A stretch of 37,733 nucleotides of DNA from a virus, in the IMG/VR virus record IMGVR_UViG_3300043821_000021. One strand, given 5' to 3'. Below are positions 25,448-34,653 of the stretch, in pieces. The first letter of the stretch is position 1. Every line of letters begins with the position of its first letter. The position numbers and the translations under genes are program-made. The notes beneath the pieces were generated by a model. The model ran no database searches, was not told where the DNA came from, and saw only the letters and a list, made by a program, of their open reading frames with translations.

Positions 25448-26143
25448 CTAAATGAAACCTTTCTTATTTAGGGCTTTCATGGTGTTGGCACTTATCTCGC
25501 AGCCGTGTTCCTGCAAGGCAGTCAGTCTCGCATGCACCTTGATCTTAAGATCATCGGTCACGTTCTTCGATTTGAGCGCTTTAGAGATGTATGAGCGGCA
25601 AGTCGATTCCTTGAAATCATCAGTAACCTTCTTGCTCTCATTTTCGGCAAGCCCGGCATCTATCCTTGCCCAACCGGACTTAATCCGTTCTTCACTCTCC
25701 AGGATTTTAGCCCTGAATGCCTGTCTGTCAGCATCGGTCTTGGCCATCTTCATTTTCTCATGATAGCCACGACGCACCGAATATTCAGAGGCTACATCAT
25801 CATAGACTTTCTGCATCTCTGGTGAGAGGTCAGATCTCTTCGTGCGGCGGTCATCATACGTTTTGAAGGTAACTTTCGGAGCTTCAGACTTAGCAGCCGT
25901 TTTCTCAATCTTTGCGGTCGGCTTTGGCTGTCTGATGAGCCTAGTCGCTACTGTGTTGATTGGTGCTCCATCTGAAAGAAGATTATTCAGCTTCTTCAAT
26001 TGGTAGAGCAAAGTCGCCTTATCATTCCGGCGGTTGATCCAGTCGATGAGATTCCGGTTGTGAGAGTATTTGCAAAAGAGTTCGAAGCCCTCTTCAAAGG
26101 AAGGATTCGCACTCTTAAGATATAGAGAAATCTCACTAACCAT
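25448..26143 (-). CDS. Hypothetical protein (capsid module)
   Basis: 231-aa ORF, basic and helical, with a TAATG overlap to the upstream gene. Confidence 0.45.
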   Translation of the reverse strand: MVSEISLYLKSANPSFEEGFELFCKYSHNRNLIDWINRRNDKATLLYQLKKLNNLLSDGAPINTVATRLIRQPKPTAKIEKTAAKSEAPKVTFKTYDDRRTKRSDLSPEMQKVYDDVASEYSVRRGYHEKMKMAKTDADRQAFRAKILESEERIKSGWARIDAGLAENESKKVTDDFKESTCRSYISKALKSKNVTDDLKIKVHARLTALQEHGCEISANTMKALNKKGFI

Positions 26144-26733
26144 TATTCACCACTTTTCGCCGTGAACTCTCCGGTCGAAAGGTCAATAGTACCGTCCTTA
26201 AGAACGATCTTGCCTTCATAGAGAGGAAGCGGAGTTACATCCGGGCAATCGACAGTGAACGTGATGCCCTTTGCTGATCCGGCGGTTGTGCCTGAGTCAC
26301 CGGCAGGCTGAGTGACGGAGCGATAGTCCGGAGATCCGATCACATGCCAGCGGCCTGCTGACTTAGCTACATAGACATAATCATCATTGGCAGCGGCCTT
26401 GGAGAAGGCCAGAGCCTCAGCGGTCATGTCAGGGAAAGAGGCGATAAGATGATTCGTGTACATCTTGCAGTCAGTCTCACCGGTCGCCTCAAATGTGAGC
26501 TGCGCCTTGCCCTGAGTAGAATAGATCTTATCCCAGAAAGCGCCTGAAGCAAGGGCAAAATCACCCTTATATTTGCTCAAATCCGTAACTACCGCCGTAC
26601 TGTCGGCCTTATCAGGATCATCGACAATAGTCGGCCACGTTGAAATCAGCCTCTTGCGAATACGGTAGACGGTCTCGCCAACCCCACTGGGGTTGACGGA
26701 GCCGATATTGAAATCTAGATTACCAAGTTCCAT
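26143..26733 (-). CDS. Hypothetical structural protein following the capsid gene (decoration, head-completion or tube candidate)
   Basis: 196-aa beta-rich ORF, 2 nt downstream of the capsid gene. Confidence 0.4.
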   Translation of the reverse strand: MELGNLDFNIGSVNPSGVGETVYRIRKRLISTWPTIVDDPDKADSTAVVTDLSKYKGDFALASGAFWDKIYSTQGKAQLTFEATGETDCKMYTNHLIASFPDMTAEALAFSKAAANDDYVYVAKSAGRWHVIGSPDYRSVTQPAGDSGTTAGSAKGITFTVDCPDVTPLPLYEGKIVLKDGTIDLSTGEFTAKSGE

Positions 26734-26735
26734 AA

Positions 26736-27692
26736 CTAAGCAGTCGTTACTTTGCCGACCATCAGGAACTCAGGCTCGATCATCTGGAACTCGACACCCC
26801 AGAACAGGCACATGAAGAACTGCACCGCTTTAGGGTTATCAGGAACACGGATGGAAACCCTCTCCATGGAGCTAGCCTGATCGCAGCCGACCAGCATGTT
26901 GCTCTTGGTGGTCAGATAGATGTAATTGGAATCCTTCATGCAGCTGGTGCCAACAAGCTCAACAGGATTGTCATCCGTGCCGTGCAGGATGGATTTGTTG
27001 TATGAAGTGTTATATACAGCAGCGCCAAAGTTGGCCAGAGCCCATTTGTCATAGGCGTTCTTCACTGACTTAGGCATGAAGAGCTTCAATCCGGATGCGT
27101 CCTGAAGTTCCTCGGATGCGGCATCATAGAGAGAGAACAGGATATCGCCTGCGTTAGCCTCGGTGATGGCTTCTACTTCCTTGTAGTTGCCGATAGCCGC
27201 CGACATCTTTCTGTCTGTAACCTCTTTGGCGGCGATGGTGTCAAAGCCGTTGAAGAGATCCTTGGTGGTGGTTCCAGCATCGTTGCGTTTTGCAGCGAAG
27301 AGAGCCTTCCCAAGTTTCTTTGAGCAAGTCAGCGACATCTGCAATGACAGATCTCTTACGATCTGTGCGTTGGTGCGCTGAGTCAGCTGGTTCATGAATT
27401 GCTCACCATACACAGTCGTGAAGAGCTTGTAAGGATCGAATTCCTCTACTACATCGCCCAGATAAGTCGTAAGGGTGCGTGCAATGACGCTGCTGGTGTC
27501 AGTAGCGTTCTTGCCTTCCTTGTAAGGGCGGATTTCTGCCTTAGACGCTACAGCTCCGACGGTCTCAGAACCTGCGATTCCAGGTCTCAGAGTCATGTGC
27601 TGCAGAATCTTGTCAAGAGCCACAACCGGCATGTGCAGGATTTCCTTGCGATACCTGGCTCCACTGTTTACCAAAAGTTCTGAAAGATCCAT
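26736..27692 (-). CDS. Major capsid protein
   Basis: 318-aa ORF immediately after the protease-scaffold gene. Its size and position are typical of an HK97-fold or P2 GpN-like capsid protein. Confidence 0.65.
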   Translation of the reverse strand: MDLSELLVNSGARYRKEILHMPVVALDKILQHMTLRPGIAGSETVGAVASKAEIRPYKEGKNATDTSSVIARTLTTYLGDVVEEFDPYKLFTTVYGEQFMNQLTQRTNAQIVRDLSLQMSLTCSKKLGKALFAAKRNDAGTTTKDLFNGFDTIAAKEVTDRKMSAAIGNYKEVEAITEANAGDILFSLYDAASEELQDASGLKLFMPKSVKNAYDKWALANFGAAVYNTSYNKSILHGTDDNPVELVGTSCMKDSNYIYLTTKSNMLVGCDQASSMERVSIRVPDNPKAVQFFMCLFWGVEFQMIEPEFLMVGKVTTA

Positions 27693-27705
27693 ATTCTAAG
27701 AGATA

Positions 27706-29001
27706 TTAGATTCTGTTTTTGAGAAAGTCCCTGCATATTGCGTCTGCCTCTTCGTAAGTTTGAGCGCCTTTGAACTCATCTTCGGTCGCAACGGCATTCT
27801 TCCTTACCTTCAAGTCATCCTCATCTGCATTCGCATTTGCCCTGGCAATGGCAGCGTCAAGAGATTCCTGGAGTTTAGCATTGTCGGCGGTCAGAGTCTC
27901 ATTTGCTTTCTGCAACTCTGCGAGCTGGGCTTTAATGGAAGCAAGTTCCTCTCTGCTTTGCTGAAGCTGATTGAGGTTTTGTACACCGGCTTCCAACGCC
28001 GCCTCAATGTCAGCCAGCTGATTTGGCTGGAGGGTGGTTGAACCATCCTCTGCATAGACCTGATCAGCCATTGATGCGATCAGGGCAAGATTAACGTAAA
28101 TATTCTTCATATCGAATGAATTTTGTTGATTTCCATCATTGCTCTCTTGTCTCTTGCTGGCAAGGCTCACAACCTCATTCACGGCATCCTCGAAAGAGCC
28201 TATTGAATCTATAAGAGAGCCGCATACATCCTTTGCGAAATAGGTGGCACCGTGCAGCTGCTCATCCTTGACTTGCGGCCGGTTCGCCTTCACATCTTCC
28301 TGGAAGCGTTTAGTGATAGGATTCAGCACATTCTCCTTTATGAGCTTCGCATTGCCTTTCAGCGCTTCCTCATAGTCCAGGTTCTTTTCGCCTGACTGAT
28401 CCGCATATATCCTGGCATAAACCAGCCCATCGTCCTGTTTGACAAACTGAGGATAGCCGGAGATCTCCACTAGAGTTCCAATGCAGCCGATTCTATCCAT
28501 GTCGTTGGATGCCATTATACTGGCGCAGTATGAAATAGCATACATACAGGCAGAGGCTGCCATTCCATCGACATAAGCGATGCAAGGCTTGGTGAGCTTC
28601 GAGATGGCATCTGCCAACGGAGCTACTGAGTCAGAGCTGCCGCCACCGGAATCAGCTATGATTATATGGCCTATCACGTCCGGATTAGCGTCTGCATCAA
28701 GCAGGCCTCTTGCTATCTTCTGGGTGCCAGGCGCCTCGCAGTCATCATATTTGAGCATCGTACCAACCAGGTGCGTCACATATATAAGATTCGATGTGCC
28801 CTTTTTTCTGTCAATAGCCGATCCGCTCTGCGAGAGCCGGATGGTCTTAGGCTCTGGAGCTTTGTCAAGCTCAGTGATGTAGCCTTGCAGAATGCCCTTT
28901 AGCACAGGCAGCATAACAGATGCCTGTTCTGGGTGCATCATCCAAGGCCCTCTCAGATTACGAGTGAAATTAGAAATTATCATTTCTTTCGTTTCGAGCA
29001 A
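27706..29001 (-). CDS. S49 (SppA/ClpP-like) prohead protease fused to a coiled-coil scaffold
   Basis: IIIADSGGGSSDSVAPLADAI...YVDGMAASACMYAISYCASIMA is an S49 peptidase core. The C-terminal 120 aa are Ala/Glu/Gln/Leu coiled coil (SREELASIKAQLAELQKANETL). Confidence 0.8.
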   Translation of the reverse strand: MLETKEMIISNFTRNLRGPWMMHPEQASVMLPVLKGILQGYITELDKAPEPKTIRLSQSGSAIDRKKGTSNLIYVTHLVGTMLKYDDCEAPGTQKIARGLLDADANPDVIGHIIIADSGGGSSDSVAPLADAISKLTKPCIAYVDGMAASACMYAISYCASIMASNDMDRIGCIGTLVEISGYPQFVKQDDGLVYARIYADQSGEKNLDYEEALKGNAKLIKENVLNPITKRFQEDVKANRPQVKDEQLHGATYFAKDVCGSLIDSIGSFEDAVNEVVSLASKRQESNDGNQQNSFDMKNIYVNLALIASMADQVYAEDGSTTLQPNQLADIEAALEAGVQNLNQLQQSREELASIKAQLAELQKANETLTADNAKLQESLDAAIARANANADEDDLKVRKNAVATEDEFKGAQTYEEADAICRDFLKNRI

Positions 29002-29034
29002 AGATATATAAGTGCATTTAGCGTCTTTGCGACA

Positions 29035-29469
29035 TTAAGCAGAAGCGAAAAGCACTCCGTGGAGGCTCCTGTTCTCTATTTTTATCGTGAATTCAGATGA
29101 TGACTGGCCGGAGAGAATGTCGGTGAAAGTGAACGTCGGCACGAAATCCCTGGAGCCTATTATATATACTGTGCCCTCGATGGATTCTATCACGAAAACA
29201 GCCTTTTTCCCTGCAAGATTCTCCAGCAGGCTGCGATGCGTCTCTTTATCAGTGCGCACAGATCCGGAAAAACTGAATTCTGAATACTTGCCGTTCTCAT
29301 CGTAGTGCCATTCTTCTGATAAATCCGCCGTTTCCGGTGTGAAAGGCATCTCCACAGGATCTTCTGAGAAATAATTGCTCATTGGGAGTGAGCTTCCAGA
29401 AGGCAAGGCCGAATAGTCGTTGACTTTCGACAGTGGAACATACTTAAGTGACCTGATTCCAAGTTTCAT
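29035..29469 (-). CDS. Hypothetical protein
   Basis: 144-aa ORF with no motif recognised. Confidence 0.45.
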   Translation of the reverse strand: MKLGIRSLKYVPLSKVNDYSALPSGSSLPMSNYFSEDPVEMPFTPETADLSEEWHYDENGKYSEFSFSGSVRTDKETHRSLLENLAGKKAVFVIESIEGTVYIIGSRDFVPTFTFTDILSGQSSSEFTIKIENRSLHGVLFASA

Positions 29470-29512
29470 AATTGATTAATTTTCAGCGTAAAAAACAAGA
29501 CAGTAACATGAC

Positions 29513-30046
29513 TCAAAAAAATATAGGCATGGGATATTTATCCGGAAATTTTACTCGGAATCTGTACCAGAATTTCGAGAGCGTGCTGAGTCTCTTCGCA
29601 GTCACGTCCAGTCCGAAATCCTGAAGGAAATCCGATATGGCAGCCTGAATCTTTATCTTACCGCCACTCTCACTCTGCCTGCCTATCATGTATATTGTGA
29701 ACGAATGCCTGAACTGGTTTTCCAGGTAACGCTTGATAGCATTCTGGCCTGCCGGAGATATGTAGCACCGATAAAGCTCATTCAGATGAAGCATCCTGTC
29801 AGATGGATAGTTGAAGATCGGCTCCCTGTTTCCTCTGGTGGCCAGCAGCACAATGGATATGTACTCGCTCCGGTCTGAGAGGATCTTGTAGTCTTGAGGC
29901 AGCAGCTCCAAGTTCTGCTTTACAATTGCCCAGAGATTCTGCCCTTTCGATAGACGGATAGTGTCAGAGCCATAGGTGTAAATCACCCATTGGCGTATAG
30001 CTGAGCCGACCTTTACATCAACAGTATTGTAATAATCGTTCATCAC
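29513..30046 (-). CDS. Hypothetical protein (possible late-gene regulator, by position only)
   Basis: 177-aa ORF between the iteron region and the structural genes. Confidence 0.3.
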   Translation of the reverse strand: MMNDYYNTVDVKVGSAIRQWVIYTYGSDTIRLSKGQNLWAIVKQNLELLPQDYKILSDRSEYISIVLLATRGNREPIFNYPSDRMLHLNELYRCYISPAGQNAIKRYLENQFRHSFTIYMIGRQSESGGKIKIQAAISDFLQDFGLDVTAKRLSTLSKFWYRFRVKFPDKYPMPIFF

Positions 30047-30071
30047 GGCAAATATAAGTTAGATTGATTCG

Positions 30072-30329
30072 TTAGTTTTTGACATACACAGGCCAGTCAT
30101 GAGCCACATCATAGAGGAATACCCAGTGGTTCTTTGCAGTGACCACGCTGGTGTAATAGCTTCCGGCATCAGGGCCGATGCGCACTTTATAAAGCACCAT
30201 CCGGCCTGGTACCAGATCAGAGACCTCGGCTAGCCTCATCCCTTCCGGAACGGATTGATAGCACCAAACATCGAAGTGCCGTCCGAAGGCATATTGCCCA
30301 ATTTCGAGCTTGATTGGTTTCGTTTCCAT
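30072..30329 (-). CDS. Hypothetical small protein
   Basis: 85-aa ORF, the first gene downstream of the iteron field. Confidence 0.45.
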   Translation of the reverse strand: METKPIKLEIGQYAFGRHFDVWCYQSVPEGMRLAEVSDLVPGRMVLYKVRIGPDAGSYYTSVVTAKNHWVFLYDVAHDWPVYVKN

Positions 30330-30365
30330 GATAAAAAATTTTTATACAAGGTAAAAAGTCTGAAA

Positions 30366-30764
30366 AAGTTGACACCGTGAAGTTGACACCGCTATAATGC
30401 TATGAGTTTCAATAAGTTTCAGAGTGTCAACTTTCAAAAAAACAAGTTGCCACCGGAAATGCTGATTTTTAGGTAAAGTATTCATATTCAATCTATTAAA
30501 TTTTTATGGCCAAGTTGACACCGCTTTTTAGTGTCAACTTTTACTGTTCTTTTTTACTCTTTTTTTCTAAAGCTGACACCGTTAACTATTTGAATATTAC
30601 TTCTTTATAGAGGCAGTGTCAAAGTGTCAATGATTTTGTAGATTATTTCATCGCAAAAAATATCGTTACGAAACCCTTAAAAAAACGCATTCCATTGGGG
30701 TTTGCGTTTATTGCAGAAAAGCCGGAGCCCTAAAAGTCAGTTCAAAATGGCTATTTTTGACACT
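30366..30764. repeat. Iteron field (AAGTTGACACCG / AGTGTCAACTT); candidate replication origin or regulator array
   Basis: Forward copies: 30366..30377, 30380..30391, 30444..30455 (1 mismatch), 30512..30523, 30570..30581 (1 mismatch), and a partial copy at 30757..30764. Inverted copies: 30423..30433, 30530..30540, 30615..30622, 30623..30630. The surrounding 468-bp gap is AT-rich and non-coding. Confidence 0.75.
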
Positions 30765-30797
30765 GAAACAGAGTCAGGATTCGACCTTTTGACCAGT

Positions 30798-33782
30798 TTA
30801 CAAGAACGGAACTGCATCATTATTTTTATCTTGATTATCCGGAGTCTCTATGCCTAAGATCATCGCCACTGGCAGCTCGTCGGAATGAGTCGTGTCGATG
30901 TAGAAATAATAGCGGTCTATGTTGTTTCGCTTAATATGGATGTCGTTTCTCTTTTTTTCAGTTGGTGAAAGCAACAACACAGGCGGATTGAAAACCCAGT
31001 CCTTGTAGATGCAATATGTCTGCACCTTTCTTTTGAACGTCTGGGCCTTCATCAATTCCGAGGCCGCCTTGCTCAGAGTCTTGCGATAATCGTCGAACGC
31101 TTCCTGCTTATCCACAAGTACATTAATGTGCTGATCGTAGAAGTAATCTTCGGCCCACCAGAGGAAGTCATCGCCCATCTCTTTCTGCAATGTGCGCTGT
31201 AAGATTTGAGTCATCGGAGGCTGGATTCTCTCTCCGATCTTCTTCCATTGTTGGAGACAGTTCAGCATGAAGTTGAAAAAGTGGTTGAATTCCTCTTCGG
31301 TGTAGTCCTGGATGAGATTCTTATGGAATTTCTGGTAAGGCGACCTCTCTTTCAGTCCTTTGATTTTCGATTCTGAATGGTAATAGTCACTGAATGCTGC
31401 GAACCAAATACGGCGGTTAAGTGAATCGTCGAAATCTCTGATAGCATGGTTGGAGGTGAATGCGATTTTCGGGCTTTCAGCATAATCCAAAGTGAATGCT
31501 GGTGCATGCTTGACATTGACTACCATCTTTCCGGTGATCAGGTTCATGAAGCGATGAAGATTTATGCGGTTATTCAAGTCATCCATGAACACGGTATCTG
31601 TTACGCCTCTCTCCACTCCCTGGAGCAAGAACTGCATTTTGTCATCCTCCATCATCTGGGCATCGATATAGACCTGCTTTCTCAATTGCTCGATGGCGCT
31701 GAAGAAAAGTGATTTGCCGGTGCCTCCCAGATGCTCACCTTCATCTCCTTGCTCCATTTCCATCGCATAAACGGCGTAAGGTTGACCTGCATTCTTGTAT
31801 TTATCAAGCAGATAGCCTAGAGCCAGGGATTTGGAAATGAAATTCAGATCGGTCTCCGCTTTCTCGGCATTGGTCAGTGTCTTTCCGGCCTCTTCCTTAC
31901 GCCAGTAGTTCCGGCCTGTATCATAAACGAATTGCATGAAAGTGCAGTCAGCTCGCTTGATGTCGACTTTCCAGCGCCTTTCATCACCCATAGTGTCAAC
32001 TTGTTGCTTTTTTGCTAAATAATTAGGGGTTAAGGGGGTGAGAGCGGAAAGCTCAGAGAGCTTCGAAAGAAATTCCGGAGACTTGTCTATATCGAAATAC
32101 TGATCTTCCGGAATAAAGTCGTGCTGGATGATCTTGCTTGAATAGACCATGTATGGGCAATCGCCTGGCCGCACCTTCTCAATACCATCCTTAGAGACAC
32201 GGAATATGCCGTTCTTGAAGAAAAAATAATTGGAATTCCTATCGAAGGCGCTGAAATTAGGCTCTATCAATGTGAGTTTCTCCAGCGACGCCTTGGAGAG
32301 CTGCTTGCTCCTATGTATTGCATTGGCCAGAGCCTGGTTATAATATTGGGCGTGCACACGGAGATATTCCAGCAAATAATCGGAGCATACCGCAGAAATC
32401 GCATCCTCGTCGATGAGCGTCACCACATTGTCAAGAACCCTGCAGAAAGTGTAGCCCTGCTTGTTCGTCGACGTGGCAATCCGATGGTATCCGGATGCCT
32501 GGAGAAACGCATACATCTGTTCATTATTGATGTCATAGCCGGTCACACGGCCAGTCTTATCATACTTCACGCTCCAGAACTTCAATGAGCCTGAGAGCTT
32601 CACCAGCTGATTGAATAGCCTTATGGGATCCTGGCATTCCGGCTTCCGGAAATACACGAAGAAATCCTTTGCGTCCTTGCACTGGCCGCCTCTCTTGGTT
32701 TTCAGCTGACGCAATTCTTTTGGCAAGAATATCAGCTTCACATCCAGGAAAGACAGCCCAATCTTAAGCATATTCGCCAGGCCGGTATCATCAATATCAT
32801 ATAGGAGATAGATATCCTTTGCAAACTCATGCAGTTGTGCGAAATCGTATTCCTTGAGCTGTGCAGTCTCGGAATTCGGCCAGCATACGTGATATCCTGC
32901 GTTATGGACGTTCAGCGCATCAGAAGGGCCGGAACAGATAATGAGCTTATCCCATATCAGCGATTCCTGATTCTCTACTTCCTTGCCTTCATCGTCGACG
33001 GATTTAACAACTTTCGTGGCACTCCACGTGTGGTTCTTAACAGCTTCGAGACGATGCATGAATTCCACTTCACCGGATAGTAAATTGCTAGGCTTGTTGC
33101 CAGTCCAGAGAAAGCGTATATCTCCCAGAGGCTGATATATCTTGCCGTATGTGCCATAATCATAGAAGTAAATTGGATAGTTTTCGCTGCTTGCTATCTT
33201 ATAGCTTTTGCCTTTGGCATTGCGCTTTGTGATATAGTAATCGACTGGTTTAAGGCAGAAATCCTTGCAAAGCTCAGCCGTTATCTGATAGCCTAGCCTG
33301 TCAAGTTCCGCTGCCGTGAATTCGCCGGATGGCCGTATGCACACGGTTATCTCATCCTGTGGCGCAACCCCCGTGATGTCTGGCTGTACCTTTGTCGGAA
33401 CCGTCCAACCCTGCCGGTCTCTTTCTAGCAATTCCGGAGCGAATTTGGCCGCTATCCAGTCAATGGCCTGCGGAAATGAGAGATGCTCATTCTCCATCAC
33501 CAACTGAATGCCAGTGCGTGCCTTAGTGTCGCTGCCTCCTTTATCCTGAATCATCCATATTCCTTCCTTGTTCTTGAAAACGGTGCAGGAAGGATGCTTA
33601 TCGTCGCTCCTTACTCTGAAATTCTTATGCGCACCATCGACGAAGCATGAGCTGCTTTGAGGATAGTAATAGGTTATAATTGCCTTGCCCTGCTCTGTGG
33701 CAAGAAATATATCATCTTTACTTATCATTTTCCCTCCCTTGTTTACGAGTATTCCACAGCAGGAAATCATTGTATGACTCAA
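30798..33782 (-). CDS. Primase-helicase (Toprim-like primase region plus P-loop D5/P4/VirE-type helicase)
   Basis: 994 aa. The Toprim-like region has LIICSGPSDALNVHNAGY and LLYDIDDTG. Walker A is HLGGTGKSLF and Walker B is DTVFMDDLNN. Confidence 0.75.
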   Translation of the reverse strand: MSHTMISCCGILVNKGGKMISKDDIFLATEQGKAIITYYYPQSSSCFVDGAHKNFRVRSDDKHPSCTVFKNKEGIWMIQDKGGSDTKARTGIQLVMENEHLSFPQAIDWIAAKFAPELLERDRQGWTVPTKVQPDITGVAPQDEITVCIRPSGEFTAAELDRLGYQITAELCKDFCLKPVDYYITKRNAKGKSYKIASSENYPIYFYDYGTYGKIYQPLGDIRFLWTGNKPSNLLSGEVEFMHRLEAVKNHTWSATKVVKSVDDEGKEVENQESLIWDKLIICSGPSDALNVHNAGYHVCWPNSETAQLKEYDFAQLHEFAKDIYLLYDIDDTGLANMLKIGLSFLDVKLIFLPKELRQLKTKRGGQCKDAKDFFVYFRKPECQDPIRLFNQLVKLSGSLKFWSVKYDKTGRVTGYDINNEQMYAFLQASGYHRIATSTNKQGYTFCRVLDNVVTLIDEDAISAVCSDYLLEYLRVHAQYYNQALANAIHRSKQLSKASLEKLTLIEPNFSAFDRNSNYFFFKNGIFRVSKDGIEKVRPGDCPYMVYSSKIIQHDFIPEDQYFDIDKSPEFLSKLSELSALTPLTPNYLAKKQQVDTMGDERRWKVDIKRADCTFMQFVYDTGRNYWRKEEAGKTLTNAEKAETDLNFISKSLALGYLLDKYKNAGQPYAVYAMEMEQGDEGEHLGGTGKSLFFSAIEQLRKQVYIDAQMMEDDKMQFLLQGVERGVTDTVFMDDLNNRINLHRFMNLITGKMVVNVKHAPAFTLDYAESPKIAFTSNHAIRDFDDSLNRRIWFAAFSDYYHSESKIKGLKERSPYQKFHKNLIQDYTEEEFNHFFNFMLNCLQQWKKIGERIQPPMTQILQRTLQKEMGDDFLWWAEDYFYDQHINVLVDKQEAFDDYRKTLSKAASELMKAQTFKRKVQTYCIYKDWVFNPPVLLLSPTEKKRNDIHIKRNNIDRYYFYIDTTHSDELPVAMILGIETPDNQDKNNDAVPFL

Positions 33783-33883
33783 AGCAGAGCCAGCCGCCTT
33801 TGACCTTTACTATTTTAACAGACCATGGAAATTGCTTTTCTGCCTGCCTTATGGTTCTGGCAGACGATAACTCAACTCTCATG

Positions 33884-34123
33884 TCAGATTCGTTTTAGAA
33901 GATTCCTGAATCTCATTTGTGCTGCTCTCAGCAGAACGTCAGACTGGCCCTCTGAGAATGATCTGGCCAGCCACCATCCCAATGCAAGTGTTGGCAAATG
34001 CCACCATGCGAATTCAGCATTTCCGAATATTGCGTTAATGGCATTGATCAGCAATGCAATTGCTATGAATGCCGCAAACAGCAGCCATGCGCCGCCTGTA
34101 ATTCTGTTAATTCCTTTTTCCAT
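33884..34123 (-). CDS. Small membrane protein
   Basis: 79 aa with two hydrophobic helices (AWLLFAAFIAIALLINAINAI, LPTLALGWWLA). Confidence 0.45.
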   Translation of the reverse strand: MEKGINRITGGAWLLFAAFIAIALLINAINAIFGNAEFAWWHLPTLALGWWLARSFSEGQSDVLLRAAQMRFRNLLKRI

Positions 34124-34149
34124 TTCTTCCCTGTTTTTAAGAATTTTAG

Positions 34150-34240
34150 CTCCACGGCGTGGAATCGAACCACTATTTCAATTTTGTTTCTATGAATAAG
34201 CTCTTACCTATGATTTTTGGCACCTTGCTAGCACCGTGGA
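34150..34240 (-). ncRNA. tRNA-like element (acceptor stem plus T-arm); not a canonical cloverleaf
   Basis: The - strand reads TCCACGG...AGTGG-TTCGATT-CCACG-CCGTGGA-G. The acceptor helix is a perfect 7 bp, the T-loop GGTTCGATTCC is consensus, U8 is present and the discriminator is G. No D stem or anticodon stem could be folded by hand. Confidence 0.35.
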
Positions 34241-34269
34241 GAATCGCATCACTGCGTTTTTATATCGTC

Positions 34270-34653
34270 TTACTGGATCGCCATTTTAGCAGCTCTCACT
34301 TCATCCATCCTCTGAAGCATCCACTTTCGCTGGAGCGGCGTGTCAACATCCCAGTATTGGAAGATCTGTATGTTGGCTCCCAGTGCGAAATCTAGCTCTG
34401 TATGGCAGCCCAGACTCTCGTTCCAGCCTTTAAGCTGAATCAGTCCGTCACAGTATTGAAGCTGTTCCAAGCCGTTGATTACATATTCAGCCCATGTGTG
34501 ACACTGATTCTGGTAAGGGATTGTATAAGGGTTCACCGGCTCAAAGCCGAAAGCTCTCAGTTTTTCCTCCATATTGTCGAAAGCTTTTCTCGCCTTCTTA
34601 GGATCTAGCCCTGTAATAGGGCCGCTGATGAATATTTTATATTTATTTGTCAT
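34270..34653 (-). CDS. DUF4406 / nucleoside 2-deoxyribosyltransferase-like protein
   Basis: The N-terminus YKIFISGPITGLD...FEPVNP resembles the DUF4406 signature (ISGPMTG...NP). 127 aa. Confidence 0.45.
   Translation of the reverse strand: MTNKYKIFISGPITGLDPKKARKAFDNMEEKLRAFGFEPVNPYTIPYQNQCHTWAEYVINGLEQLQYCDGLIQLKGWNESLGCHTELDFALGANIQIFQYWDVDTPLQRKWMLQRMDEVRAAKMAIQ

Noticed and set aside
30366-30764. Possible CRISPR array
   Set aside because: The repeats are only about 12 bp, occur in both orientations and have irregular spacing (14 to about 125 bp). This is iteron-like, not CRISPR-like. No cas genes are present.
34150-34240. Calling this a bona fide tRNA, including a TCA-anticodon suppressor
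   Set aside because: A TCA triplet preceded by T exists at nt 46-48, but no flanking stem forms. No D stem forms either. Only the acceptor and T arms are convincing, so it is reported as tRNA-like only.
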